Part shown: positions 38,890 through 47,789 of the stretch, piece by piece
Layout of the letters: each line of letters begins with the position of its first letter
Position numbering within the stretch: the stretch's first letter is position 1
From: Nostoc sp. DedSLP01
Lineage (GTDB): Bacteria; Cyanobacteriota; Cyanobacteriia; Cyanobacteriales; Nostocaceae
Direction of reading: 5' to 3'
NCBI GenBank assembly: GCA_034530875.2
Contig: JAVRCJ020000008.1
Span: 128,001-192,000 of the forward strand
Length of the DNA stretch: 64,000 nucleotides
Translations under genes and position numbers: made by a program
The notes under the pieces: generated by a model
Databases searched by the model: none
The model's input: only the letters and a program-made list of their open reading frames with translations
Told to the model about the DNA's origin: nothing

Positions 38890-40806
38890 TCACTTCCCTC
38901 GTCGCCAAATTTTGATAGTATCATCGTCACTGCTGCTGACTAAGGTTTGTCCATCAGGACTAAAAGCCACACATCTAACATAGCTAGAATGTCCAGCCAA
39001 CGTGCTGACTTCTCTTCCACTATTTAAATGCCATATTTTGATGGTGTTATCCCAGCTACCACTAGCGAGAAATTGCCTATCCCGGCTAAAGGCAATTGAC
39101 CAAACTGAATCAGCATGACCAGTGAGGGTGCGAATTTCTCTGCCTGTGTTTACATGCCAGAGTTTAATTGTGTTGTCACCACTACCGCTAGCAATCATTT
39201 CTCCATCATGGCTGAAGGCAATACAGTTAACGAAGAAGGTATGCCCTGTAAGCGTGTAAATGTTTTTCCCTGTGTATAGTTGCCATAGTTTGATGGTGCA
39301 GTCATTACTAGCACTAGCTATTAGCTGTCTGTCTTGATTTTTGGTGGTTGTAGCTGTTCTCGGAGAGTAGGCGACTGATGAAACTGGGTCAGAATGGCCT
39401 GCGAAAGTTTGGATTTCTATACCAGTGTTTACCTGCCAGAGTCTAATTGTACAGTCAGCACTACCACTAACTAAAAGTTTGCCATCTGGACTAAAGGCAA
39501 CGGAATTCACCCAGTTGCTATGGCCAGCGAGAGTACGAATTTCTTTACCTGTGTTGACATCCCACAATTTAATTGTGTTGTCCCAACTACCGCTAGCCAG
39601 GATGCACGAGTTGATATCTGTAGTGGCTCCTGTTTTACCGGACTCTCGTTGATAAGAAGAATTTAGAGAAATTGGGCTAAAGGCAAGGGAATTAATCATG
39701 TTGGAATGACCGGAAAACCAACGGCCCATTTGGCGCACTAGCTTACCAGTACTGAGTTGCCAAAGTTTGATGGTTCTGTCATTGCTACCACTAGCAAGAA
39801 ATTGTCCGTCTGGGCTAATGGCGATCGCATGAACCATACTAGAATGACCTTTAAGGGTATGCGTGCATTGCCAGTTCTGCCGATCCAATACAATAGGCCC
39901 CGTTGACTGTACAACAGGTGCAACCGATTGTCGTTTAGGCTTGTTCCCTAAGGGCAATGGTATTGTCGCTAAATCTTCCGCAGGATTGTATTCCAGTAGC
40001 TTCAACCACTCTTGCACGGACTGGGGACGATAAGTTGACTCCAGATCCATACCGCACATAATAGCTTGATTGACTCTGTTGCTGATGTTGGGATTAAAGT
40101 ATTGTGGTGGTTCTAAATTAACATTGTGGCGGCGATCGTCGGCGCTCGTCGGTACAACTCCTGTAAGCAAATTATACAAAGTAGCAGCTAGGGCATAGAT
40201 ATCAATGTATTCTCCTCGTGGTGCTTCTAATTCGTACTGTTCGGGTGGAGCAAAACCAGGGGTGCGATATACTGTATGCCTTTGAACTACATTAGGGACA
40301 AATTCTCTAGAAATGCCAAAGTCTATCAGCACCGCTTCTGATTTATCAAAACGAATCATGATGTTGCGCGGTTTAAGATCCCGATGCAGCAAGCCCTTAG
40401 AGTGAATCAGTGTCAAAGCACCACCAATTTGCCGGATATACAATAGTGCTTCTGTTTCTGATAGCACACCTACCCGCTTCAAACGTTGTCCTAAATCTTC
40501 ACCTTGGATGTACTCCATCACCATGCAAGGCGAATTTCCTTCATCAAAGACATTTTCTATCTGTACTATATGAGGATGGTGACACACAGCCAGCCGAACT
40601 GCTTCATCACGGAAGTCTTGCCGTAATTTATTTCGGTGGAGTATCCAAGCGGGGTGATTCAAAATTTCTTCTTTGAGGGTTTTAATTACTCGCAGTTGAT
40701 TTTGTTGATTTCTGGCAAGATAAGTAATGCCAATTCCACCTTCGCCTAGTTGGCTTTCAATAATGTAGCGCCCTCCAAATAAAGACTTTCCTGGATTCCA
40801 CACCAT
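38890..40806 (-). CDS. Ser/Thr protein kinase with 7 WD40 repeats
   Basis: LGEGGIGITY, VIKT, HRDLKPRN, DFG, GFAPPEQ; GH...SGS.D.TIKLW repeats; no TM segment. Confidence 0.95.
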   Translation of the reverse strand: MVWNPGKSLFGGRYIIESQLGEGGIGITYLARNQQNQLRVIKTLKEEILNHPAWILHRNKLRQDFRDEAVRLAVCHHPHIVQIENVFDEGNSPCMVMEYIQGEDLGQRLKRVGVLSETEALLYIRQIGGALTLIHSKGLLHRDLKPRNIMIRFDKSEAVLIDFGISREFVPNVVQRHTVYRTPGFAPPEQYELEAPRGEYIDIYALAATLYNLLTGVVPTSADDRRHNVNLEPPQYFNPNISNRVNQAIMCGMDLESTYRPQSVQEWLKLLEYNPAEDLATIPLPLGNKPKRQSVAPVVQSTGPIVLDRQNWQCTHTLKGHSSMVHAIAISPDGQFLASGSNDRTIKLWQLSTGKLVRQMGRWFSGHSNMINSLAFSPISLNSSYQRESGKTGATTDINSCILASGSWDNTIKLWDVNTGKEIRTLAGHSNWVNSVAFSPDGKLLVSGSADCTIRLWQVNTGIEIQTFAGHSDPVSSVAYSPRTATTTKNQDRQLIASASNDCTIKLWQLYTGKNIYTLTGHTFFVNCIAFSHDGEMIASGSGDNTIKLWHVNTGREIRTLTGHADSVWSIAFSRDRQFLASGSWDNTIKIWHLNSGREVSTLAGHSSYVRCVAFSPDGQTLVSSSDDDTIKIWRRGK

Positions 40807-41003
40807 TAGTAATATTTGAGGTTTTCTGGTATTTATTTTGGCACGGTATCAGAACAGCCAATACGAATTTTTGGGAATTCCATTGTAATTGCTGTTGTAG
40901 TTTTCTAGAAGTTAATTAGTTAGATTGCATTTTCATTCACCTCAATAGTTACTATTAATTAAATACTATAAAGTTGGATATACACTTATAGTTTTAGCTA
41001 AAC

Positions 41004-41194
41004 TAGGACTTAGGCACTGTACAGATTAACCATAATGTGAATTTATGATATTTGGGCGTTTCAGCTGCTTCGCATAACTGCGATCGACTTCCTTTTTTTG
41101 CGTAGGCGTACCCCGTCGTAGACATCACTCGGTCTTAAACATCGCTGAAATACTTAAATCCCGTGTACTACTTATGTACGATGTGTAAGTCTAT
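41004..41194. mobile_element. Degenerate MITE carrying an SDR5-like 21-bp insertion
   Basis: Imperfect IRs TAGGACTTAGGCACTGTACA...TGTACGATGTGTAAGTCTATA; GCG[TAGGCGTACCCCGTCGTAGAC]ATCAC at 41100-41128. Confidence 0.6.
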
Positions 41195-41301
41195 AATTAT
41201 GCTTTTCCTGCAAAATATAAAATTGATTGCTCGTGCTAGAGTAAACGATGACTTTAGCCATATTTGCTCATAATAATTTGACTTGTAGGTAATCTAAAAT
41301 T

Positions 41302-42210
41302 ATGCTAAAGAACCTAAATTTGAAACAAAAATTTACAATTCTGTTACTGGTGATTTTGACATTTGGCTTGAGTCTAAGTGGATTTGCTCTTTCTTCTCTG
41401 TTAAGAGAGAATGCCAAACAAGATATTAGCTCAACAGCTCTGATGCTGATGCAAACTATGAGTTCCGTTCGCAAATACACCAGTACTCAAGTCAATCCAG
41501 AGTTAGCTGATAAATTAGCAACAGAGTTTTTGCCGCAAAGCGTACCTGCATACTCAGCACGCGAAGTATTTGAAATTTTACGGAAAACGCCAGACTACCG
41601 TGACTTCTTTTATAAAGAAGCTACTCTTAATCCCACTAATCTGCGAGATAAAGCAGATGGTTTTGAGACAGAAATTGTTGAAAAGTTCAGAAATAAATCA
41701 GACTTAAAAGAAGTCAGTGGATTTCGCTCGATTCCTGGTGGAGATATCTTTTATATTGCTCGTCCTTTACCGATTTCTGAAGAAAGCTGCTTGAAGTGTC
41801 ATAGCGTACCTGAAGCTGCACCTCCAAGTATGATTACCCTTTATGGTACAGCTAATGGATTTGGATGGAAACTGAATGAAATTGTTGGCGCTCAAATTAT
41901 ATCCGTACCAGCAAACAACGTTATTAACAAAGCCAATCAATCTTCGTTACTCATTGTGTTAATTGTATCCACTATTTTTATCGCAACTATTCTGTTAGTT
42001 AACTTTTTCTTGAACCGACAAGTTGTGATTCCTCTAAAACGCATGACTCGCATTGCAGAGGAAGTGAGTACCGGACACATGGAAGTGGAATTTGAGCAGA
42101 TGTCTAATGATGAAATTGGTAATCTAGCGAGGGCTTTTAAACGGATGCAACTAAGTTTAGAAATGGCAATGAAACGAATCAAACGCACTCATGGAGGTAC
42201 AGGAGATTAA
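41302..42210 (+). CDS. DUF3365 (Tll0287-like) c-type heme membrane protein with HAMP domain and no output domain
   Basis: TM, VPAYSAREVF, YKEATLNPTNLRDKAD.FE, CxxCH (CLKCH), GFGWKLNEIVGAQ, TM, HAMP (PLKRM...DEIGNLARAF), then stop. Confidence 0.88.
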   Translation: MLKNLNLKQKFTILLLVILTFGLSLSGFALSSLLRENAKQDISSTALMLMQTMSSVRKYTSTQVNPELADKLATEFLPQSVPAYSAREVFEILRKTPDYRDFFYKEATLNPTNLRDKADGFETEIVEKFRNKSDLKEVSGFRSIPGGDIFYIARPLPISEESCLKCHSVPEAAPPSMITLYGTANGFGWKLNEIVGAQIISVPANNVINKANQSSLLIVLIVSTIFIATILLVNFFLNRQVVIPLKRMTRIAEEVSTGHMEVEFEQMSNDEIGNLARAFKRMQLSLEMAMKRIKRTHGGTGD

Positions 42211-42446
42211 CCTATATTTTGAGAAATATACTTTCAAGGAATATAGGGTAAAAAAGTTGAATTCCCGATGTTTTTTTCATCTATAGGGTGTGGCAAACTC
42301 TGCCATTAAGGTGTTTTCAAAAAACATAGTGGGAAATCACGAAAGGGATCGAATTACTGATGTTTTTTGCATTCATAAGTTGGTGGGAGTGCCAACAGTG
42401 CGGTTACTTTTAAGAATTGGCACTCAATTAGTCATATCTTAAATTC

Positions 42447-43697
42447 CTATGAAAATAAGCTTTTTTTAAATTCAAAAGCTGCTTGAAAGTCAGGAATTTC
42501 AGTAGCTATCAGTTCGATAAATTCGTCGGGTGCAATGTAAGGATTTTGAGCTAATATTTCCTCTATTACCAGCTTTGCGATCGGGCCGATGTGGTAGGCT
42601 AACTCCTGGTGACAGCGTTTCACAAATACTGGATTTAGAGAAGGTTGTTGTTGCTCAACTCGTTCCATTTGTGGATTCATCGGTAAGCCAGGCGAACTAA
42701 AGATTGTCTGTGCAAGTTGGCTGTATGAATCGGAAGTTGATGAAATAGCCTGGTATTCAGGATTAAATACTGTGGGAGGCAGATCGACTACAATTGCTGG
42801 AGGTTCAACTGTTTCTTGTTGTTCGAGAAGCTGTAAATCTAGCAGTACTTCTCTAGCTGTTTGGTATCGCTTGTTGGGTCTATCGGCTAACATTTTATCC
42901 AAGACTTGAGCGAAACCATTACTCACATAAGCATAATAACGCCAGTTCCATTCTAAGGAATATTGATCCATTAATAAGGATGGATCTCGACCTGTGAGCA
43001 GTACAATAGCTGTTACTCCCAAAGCATAAAGGTCGCTACAGGGAGAACATAAACCCAAGCTGATTTGTTCGCGGGGAGCATATCCTACTTTACCAACGAG
43101 AGACATTTTACCGACAAAAGTTACTTGGTTTGCAGTTTTGGCCTCGTTGATATCAGTAAGTTGTTTGCCGACACCAAAATCAATCAGTACTGGCAAATCT
43201 TTGCCTTCGGGTAACATAATATTGTCAGGAGAAATATCCCGATGAATAATGTTATGTTGGTGGACATATTCCAACACTGGTAGTAAGTTTTTTAGCCACT
43301 GGATAACTTCTTCTTCAGAAAAATTTCTGCCTTGGCGTTGCAGTTCTCCTAATAGCCGAGAATATGTTTTGCCATCAACATACTCTTGTACTAAAAACAG
43401 CCTTCCGTCTCCTTCAAAGCAAGCTAAAAATTTGGGAATTTGAGAATGTTGCAATTGATGAAGGATTTTTGCTTCTCTTTTAAATAAGTTACGATATTGT
43501 TCAAGCCCACTTTCTCCAGTGCCAATGGGTGCAAATTCTTTGAGAACGCAAGCTTCATTAAAGCGACGAGTATCATACGCCAAGTAAGTTCGCCCCAATC
43601 CTCCTTGTCCCAAAAGTTTTTGGATAATATAACGGTTATCGATTAAAGTTCCAGCTGCTATTTCTGGCCTTGCTAAAGGGGATTGTGACATCATCAT
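42447..43697 (-). CDS. Ser/Thr protein kinase with a small C-terminal helical domain
   Basis: LGQGGLGRTY, VLKEF, HRDISPDN, DFG, GYAPREQ, SDLYALG; C-terminal FVKRCHQELAYHIGPIAKLVIEE. Confidence 0.93.
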   Translation of the reverse strand: MMMSQSPLARPEIAAGTLIDNRYIIQKLLGQGGLGRTYLAYDTRRFNEACVLKEFAPIGTGESGLEQYRNLFKREAKILHQLQHSQIPKFLACFEGDGRLFLVQEYVDGKTYSRLLGELQRQGRNFSEEEVIQWLKNLLPVLEYVHQHNIIHRDISPDNIMLPEGKDLPVLIDFGVGKQLTDINEAKTANQVTFVGKMSLVGKVGYAPREQISLGLCSPCSDLYALGVTAIVLLTGRDPSLLMDQYSLEWNWRYYAYVSNGFAQVLDKMLADRPNKRYQTAREVLLDLQLLEQQETVEPPAIVVDLPPTVFNPEYQAISSTSDSYSQLAQTIFSSPGLPMNPQMERVEQQQPSLNPVFVKRCHQELAYHIGPIAKLVIEEILAQNPYIAPDEFIELIATEIPDFQAAFEFKKSLFS

Positions 43698-44231
43698 CGC
43701 ACTCCTAGCGATCTTATTAGTTGAAAAATTATTTAGTTGCTGAAAGTCATAAACTCTAGCAGATAAAGGTTTGTATATTCTTCAAAATAAAGATTAGCAC
43801 TACCGTCAAAACTAGGAAATACACTTTTCTACAATCTTTAACTGGTCTTGTGTGACCAAATAAACAATTTTAAATTGGGTAGTTATTAGGTTACTACTTA
43901 TATTAAGTATTCTAGCAGCCGGAATATAGCCCGTGTCTGCGGTAATATCTGCGATCGCTTTGACGATCGCTCTTGAGATTTTCTGCTTGAGCCGATCCTA
44001 CTTTGAGTAAGCTAATTAGTACTCAGGTGAGAAACAGCTAGCATATAGCATGACATCATCAGTTTTTTAGCAAAACCGAGCTACTATAGACTTATCAAAG
44101 TAAATATTATATGTATTTTCAGTATCGATATGCGATCGCTCTTAAAAATTAACCTTTCTCCAATCAGACGTTACTACATTTGCTATAGAAGCTTTTGGTA
44201 GAGATGTTTTCTTTTTTCAAAGAAAATCAAA

Positions 44232-45983
44232 CTAGCTGCGTCGCCAAATCCGGATAGTGCCATCATTACTACCACTAGCAAGAGTTTGCCCGTTGGGACT
44301 AAAGACAACGGAATAAACCGAATCAGAATGACCACTCAGGGTGCGAATTTCTTTACCAGTTTGCACTTCCCATATTTTGATTGTTTTGTCCCTACTAACA
44401 CTAGCAAGAGTTCGCCCGTCGGGACTAAAGACAACGGAATAAACTGAATCAGAATGACCACTCAGGGTGCGAATTTCTTTACCAGTTTGCACTTCCCATA
44501 TTTTGATTGTTTTGTCCTTACTAACACTAGCAAGAATTCGCCCTTCGGGACTAAAGACAACGGAATGAACCCAATCAGAATGACCACTCAGGGTGCAAAT
44601 TTCTTTACCAGTTTGCACTTCCCAGATTTTGATTGTTTTGTCCCCACTACCACTAGCAAGAGTTCGCCCGTCGGGACTAAAGGCAAATGCATAAAGCGGC
44701 CAAGAAAGACCAGTTATGGTACGAATTTCTTTACCAGTTTCTACTTCCCAGATTTTGATTGTTTTTTCATCACTACCACTAGCAAGAGTTCGCCCGTCGG
44801 GACTAAAGACAAGGCCATAATCAGGATACTCAGTAACATTAAACATTATGTTGCGAAGTTTACCAGTTTGCACTTCCCAAATGATGATAGTTCCACCATA
44901 ACTTGACCTAGCAAGAATTTGCATATCAGGACTAAAGACAAAGATAGGCAAAAAAACATTAAAGACAGAGTGAGAAGGTGAAACATTATCGAAATCACGA
45001 AGAGTTACAGTGCGGATAAGTTTACCTGAAGCAAATTCTAAAACGTTAATAGTATTAGCTGCTACAGTTGCCAAAATTTCTCCACTAGGGCTAAGGGCAA
45101 AACTCCCATCAATATCACGGATGATGTGGACACATTCCCAATTATCAGAAACCACCACAACTGCTGCTAGTAACAAATCCAAAAACTCCTGCACCGAATG
45201 AGGACGAAACTTGTAATTTAATGCCATCCCTCGCATAATTGCGTTATTCACCTTGTCGCTAACACTCGAATTCAACTCTTTGGGCGATCGCATGGTAAAA
45301 TTTTGCAGTCTGGCTGGTGCTGGCATCGGCAATTGTCCACTCAGCAAAGAATATAATGTAGCGGCTAAGGCATAAACATCTATATATTCTCCCCTTTCTG
45401 CATCAGGTGCATACTGTTCTGGTGGCGCATAACCAGGGGTAAGACTTTCTGTATGTAGTTGAACTGCACCGGGAATAAATTGTCTAGCAAGGCCAAAGTC
45501 AATTAGCACTGCTTCTTGTTTACCCACTCGCATCATGATATTGCTGGGTTTTAAATCCCGATGCAGTAAACCACGTTCATGAACTACAGTTAAAGCTTCG
45601 CCAATTTGCCGAATATATTCCAGTGCTTCTGCTTCTGGTAACGCCCCTTTTTCAGTTATTCGCTTCCCTAAATCTTCGCCTTCGATGTATTCCATCGCCA
45701 TACACGGCAAATTCTCCTCATCAAAGACGTTTTCTACCTGCACAATATGAGTATGGCGACACAAAGCCAGTCGCAATGCTTCATCCCGGAAGTCTTGGCG
45801 TAATTTATCTTGATGTGGTATCCATTTTGGATCGTTCAGAATTTGTTCTCTGAGGGTTTTGATGACTCGCAACTCACCGCGTCGATTTTTAGCGAGATAG
45901 GTAATACCAACTCCACCTTCACCTAATTTTCTCTCGATGATGTAGCGCCCACCAAACAAATACTGCCCAGAATTCCACGCCAT
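44232..45983 (-). CDS. Ser/Thr protein kinase with WD40 repeats (paralog of 38890-40806)
   Basis: LGEGGVGITY, HRDLKPSN, DFGLAR, GYAPPEQ; WD40 repeats. Confidence 0.95.
   Translation of the reverse strand: MAWNSGQYLFGGRYIIERKLGEGGVGITYLAKNRRGELRVIKTLREQILNDPKWIPHQDKLRQDFRDEALRLALCRHTHIVQVENVFDEENLPCMAMEYIEGEDLGKRITEKGALPEAEALEYIRQIGEALTVVHERGLLHRDLKPSNIMMRVGKQEAVLIDFGLARQFIPGAVQLHTESLTPGYAPPEQYAPDAERGEYIDVYALAATLYSLLSGQLPMPAPARLQNFTMRSPKELNSSVSDKVNNAIMRGMALNYKFRPHSVQEFLDLLLAAVVVVSDNWECVHIIRDIDGSFALSPSGEILATVAANTINVLEFASGKLIRTVTLRDFDNVSPSHSVFNVFLPIFVFSPDMQILARSSYGGTIIIWEVQTGKLRNIMFNVTEYPDYGLVFSPDGRTLASGSDEKTIKIWEVETGKEIRTITGLSWPLYAFAFSPDGRTLASGSGDKTIKIWEVQTGKEICTLSGHSDWVHSVVFSPEGRILASVSKDKTIKIWEVQTGKEIRTLSGHSDSVYSVVFSPDGRTLASVSRDKTIKIWEVQTGKEIRTLSGHSDSVYSVVFSPNGQTLASGSNDGTIRIWRRS
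44275..44910. repeat. Near-identical 126-bp coding tandem repeats (WD40 blades)
   Basis: CTAGCAAGA anchor at 44275, 44401, 44527, 44653, 44779 and, degenerate, at 44908. Confidence 0.95.
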
Positions 45984-46114
45984 TAGTCAAAACCGTAGTT
46001 TCACTGATATTTTATTTTGGCACATCATAAATATCAGTTTTTGCCAAATATCTCGACATAGCAGCGAATAGCTGACTTGACATTGTTTAGGAAGATAAAA
46101 TTAAGGCGATTCTT

Positions 46115-46441
46115 ATGGAACTTACAATAAGCAGTGTATTCAATCATAATCAAGCTATGACACCACTAGTAATTAAACCTTCATCTTGGCTAGAGAATGG
46201 TATTCAACTTCAAAAAGTCAATAAACTTTATCTGTTTAAAATTACAGATGAAATGTCAGACAGAATGCAAGAACTTGTTGATAAAAAAACTGCTGATTCT
46301 GAAACACCAGAAGAAGCGGCTGAACTGGAGGCAATTGGAGAATTAGCGATAATTGTTAGCTACATCAATGGCTTGATTGCTAATGAAGCACAAAAATCTA
46401 ACGAAACAGGGAACCAGGAAGAAGGATTGGATAGGAACTAA
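46115..46441 (+). CDS. Small hypothetical protein (antitoxin-like family)
   Basis: RMQELVDKK...TPEEAAELEAIGEL...INGLIA; start may be the ATG at 46157. Confidence 0.6.
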   Translation: MELTISSVFNHNQAMTPLVIKPSSWLENGIQLQKVNKLYLFKITDEMSDRMQELVDKKTADSETPEEAAELEAIGELAIIVSYINGLIANEAQKSNETGNQEEGLDRN

Positions 46442-46472
46442 TCAGAATCCAGAATTCAGAATTCAGAAAAAT

Positions 46473-46499
46473 TAGAGACGTTGCATTGCAACGTCTCTA
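46473..46499. repeat. REP-like perfect palindrome (small dispersed repeat)
   Basis: TAGAGACGTTGCA-T-TGCAACGTCTCTA between convergent genes. Confidence 0.85.
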
Positions 46500-46507
46500 C
46501 ATTTGGG

Positions 46508-46783
46508 TTATTGGATCGGAATTTGTCGGATTAGAATACTCATTACTTCATCTGGGTTCCCAGTTGGTACTAGTGGACTCCAATCTCCGACGCTGGCATA
46601 GCCAATTACTTGCAAATGGTGAATGGTACTGGTAACGGTTTCAAGAGAACCAATCAATATATGCTTGATAGGTTTTCTTTTGGGAAATGGGCTTTGAGTA
46701 AATTCTTTGGCAGCAGGTGTATTTAAATATTCATCTAAGAACTGTTCTAACTTTGACTGGGCGGAATCTTCTTGTTGTGCCAT
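46508..46783 (-). CDS. Conserved small cyanobacterial hypothetical protein
   Basis: IKHILIGS...VTSTIHHLQVIGYA...WSPL.PT.NP.EVMSIL; AGGAG RBS upstream. Confidence 0.75.
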   Translation of the reverse strand: MAQQEDSAQSKLEQFLDEYLNTPAAKEFTQSPFPKRKPIKHILIGSLETVTSTIHHLQVIGYASVGDWSPLVPTGNPDEVMSILIRQIPIQ

Positions 46784-46813
46784 GATTGTATTTATCTCCT
46801 GATAAAGGGGCTA

Positions 46814-46864
46814 GATAAGGGCGATCGCATTCTTCTTTTGCGGGATTGGGCGATCGCCTTTATC
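46814..46864. promoter_or_regulatory. HIP1-stemmed hairpin in the 5' region of the 91-aa gene
   Basis: GATAAGGGCGATCGC...GCGATCGCCTTTATC, 15-bp stem. Confidence 0.55.
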
Positions 46865-46992
46865 ATGCTCTTATATTAATGTATAAAATTATACTTTTTC
46901 AACTACAAATTCAAAAATTTCTATCAATAATTTCCAAGTTTTAAGGAGAATAAATTATGTCTAATTCGAGTTATTTCAAATTTCATTGCTAT

Positions 46993-47035
46993 AAAAAAAA
47001 TGCTAGATTTAGCAAATTTTTAACTAAACCTAGCA
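46993..47035 (-). terminator. Intrinsic terminator after the Uma2 gene
   Basis: Minus strand TGCTAGGTTTAG...CTAAATCTAGCA followed by T8. Confidence 0.7.
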
Positions 47036-47058
47036 ATCTTTAATTATTGATAAAAAGT

Positions 47059-47765
47059 CTAATCTTCAGGTTCAATTCCCGCAGCCCGCAATTGTGCTGC
47101 TAATCGTTCGGCGCGTTGGCGTTCTTGTTCGGCTAATTCGTACCCCAAGGTAGAAGGTTTCCTTGTTCGTCCCACCACCGTAACCACTTGTCTGTGCGGT
47201 TTTCACGAGTGCCTTGCGACACGCCAAGGTAAAGATTCATTTCCGGTATCCAGTAGCGTTGATTTTCATCAGCCTCTTGCAAGACGTACTGTTCTGTGTT
47301 GTCCAGGCGATACGTCTCAATACTGCCGCTTTCTGGCTCAAATATGATGTAGTTTGGTACTTTTAAGATGCGCTCGTAAAAAAACCATTTTCCTGGGGGA
47401 TATGTCGCTTTGATAGAATACTCTGTCTCTTGTGTATCGGAAACAAATTCCATCACAATTACAGGAGTGTCACCCTGTAATTGAGGTGTGTAACTGCGTA
47501 TTACTTCTTCTCGATTAACATTTATTTTGGCAATGAAAGCCCAATCAGGGGCTTTAATGACTATTTTGTTATTTAGGGTGGCACAAATGCCGTAATTAGT
47601 TGTTGCCAGGGCGTTAGCCGGAATTTTCCCAGCTAATAGCAGGCTTTCTGTAAGTGCAGCGGCTAAGGCTGGTTGGTTGATGTTGTCCACTGGGTCATCT
47701 GGCAGTTTGTAATCATCGGGGAGTTTTTCCCAAGTGATTTTGTAGTCTTGGGTGAGGACTGTCAT
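47059..47765 (-). pseudogene. Uma2 (DUF820) family endonuclease with a 1-bp frameshift before the C-terminal coiled coil
   Basis: APDW, VMEFVS, KW.FYERILKVPNY.IF, WLRWWDEQGNLLPW; ORF stops at 47133 but the adjacent frame continues ELAEQERQRAERLAAQLRAAGIEPED* to 47059. Confidence 0.85.
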
Positions 47766-47789
47766 GATGGGTTTTCCTTTAGCGTGTCA

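Noticed and set aside
38693..38983. Short ORFs with EVWEVWE or PHLP repeats (also 34847-35183, 47673-47974, 55657-55971, 56113-56547, 63554-63804)
   Set aside because: Translations of STRR/composite repeats that lack stop codons
44454..44906. 150-aa repetitive plus-strand ORF
   Set aside because: Antisense reading of the WD40 DNA repeats
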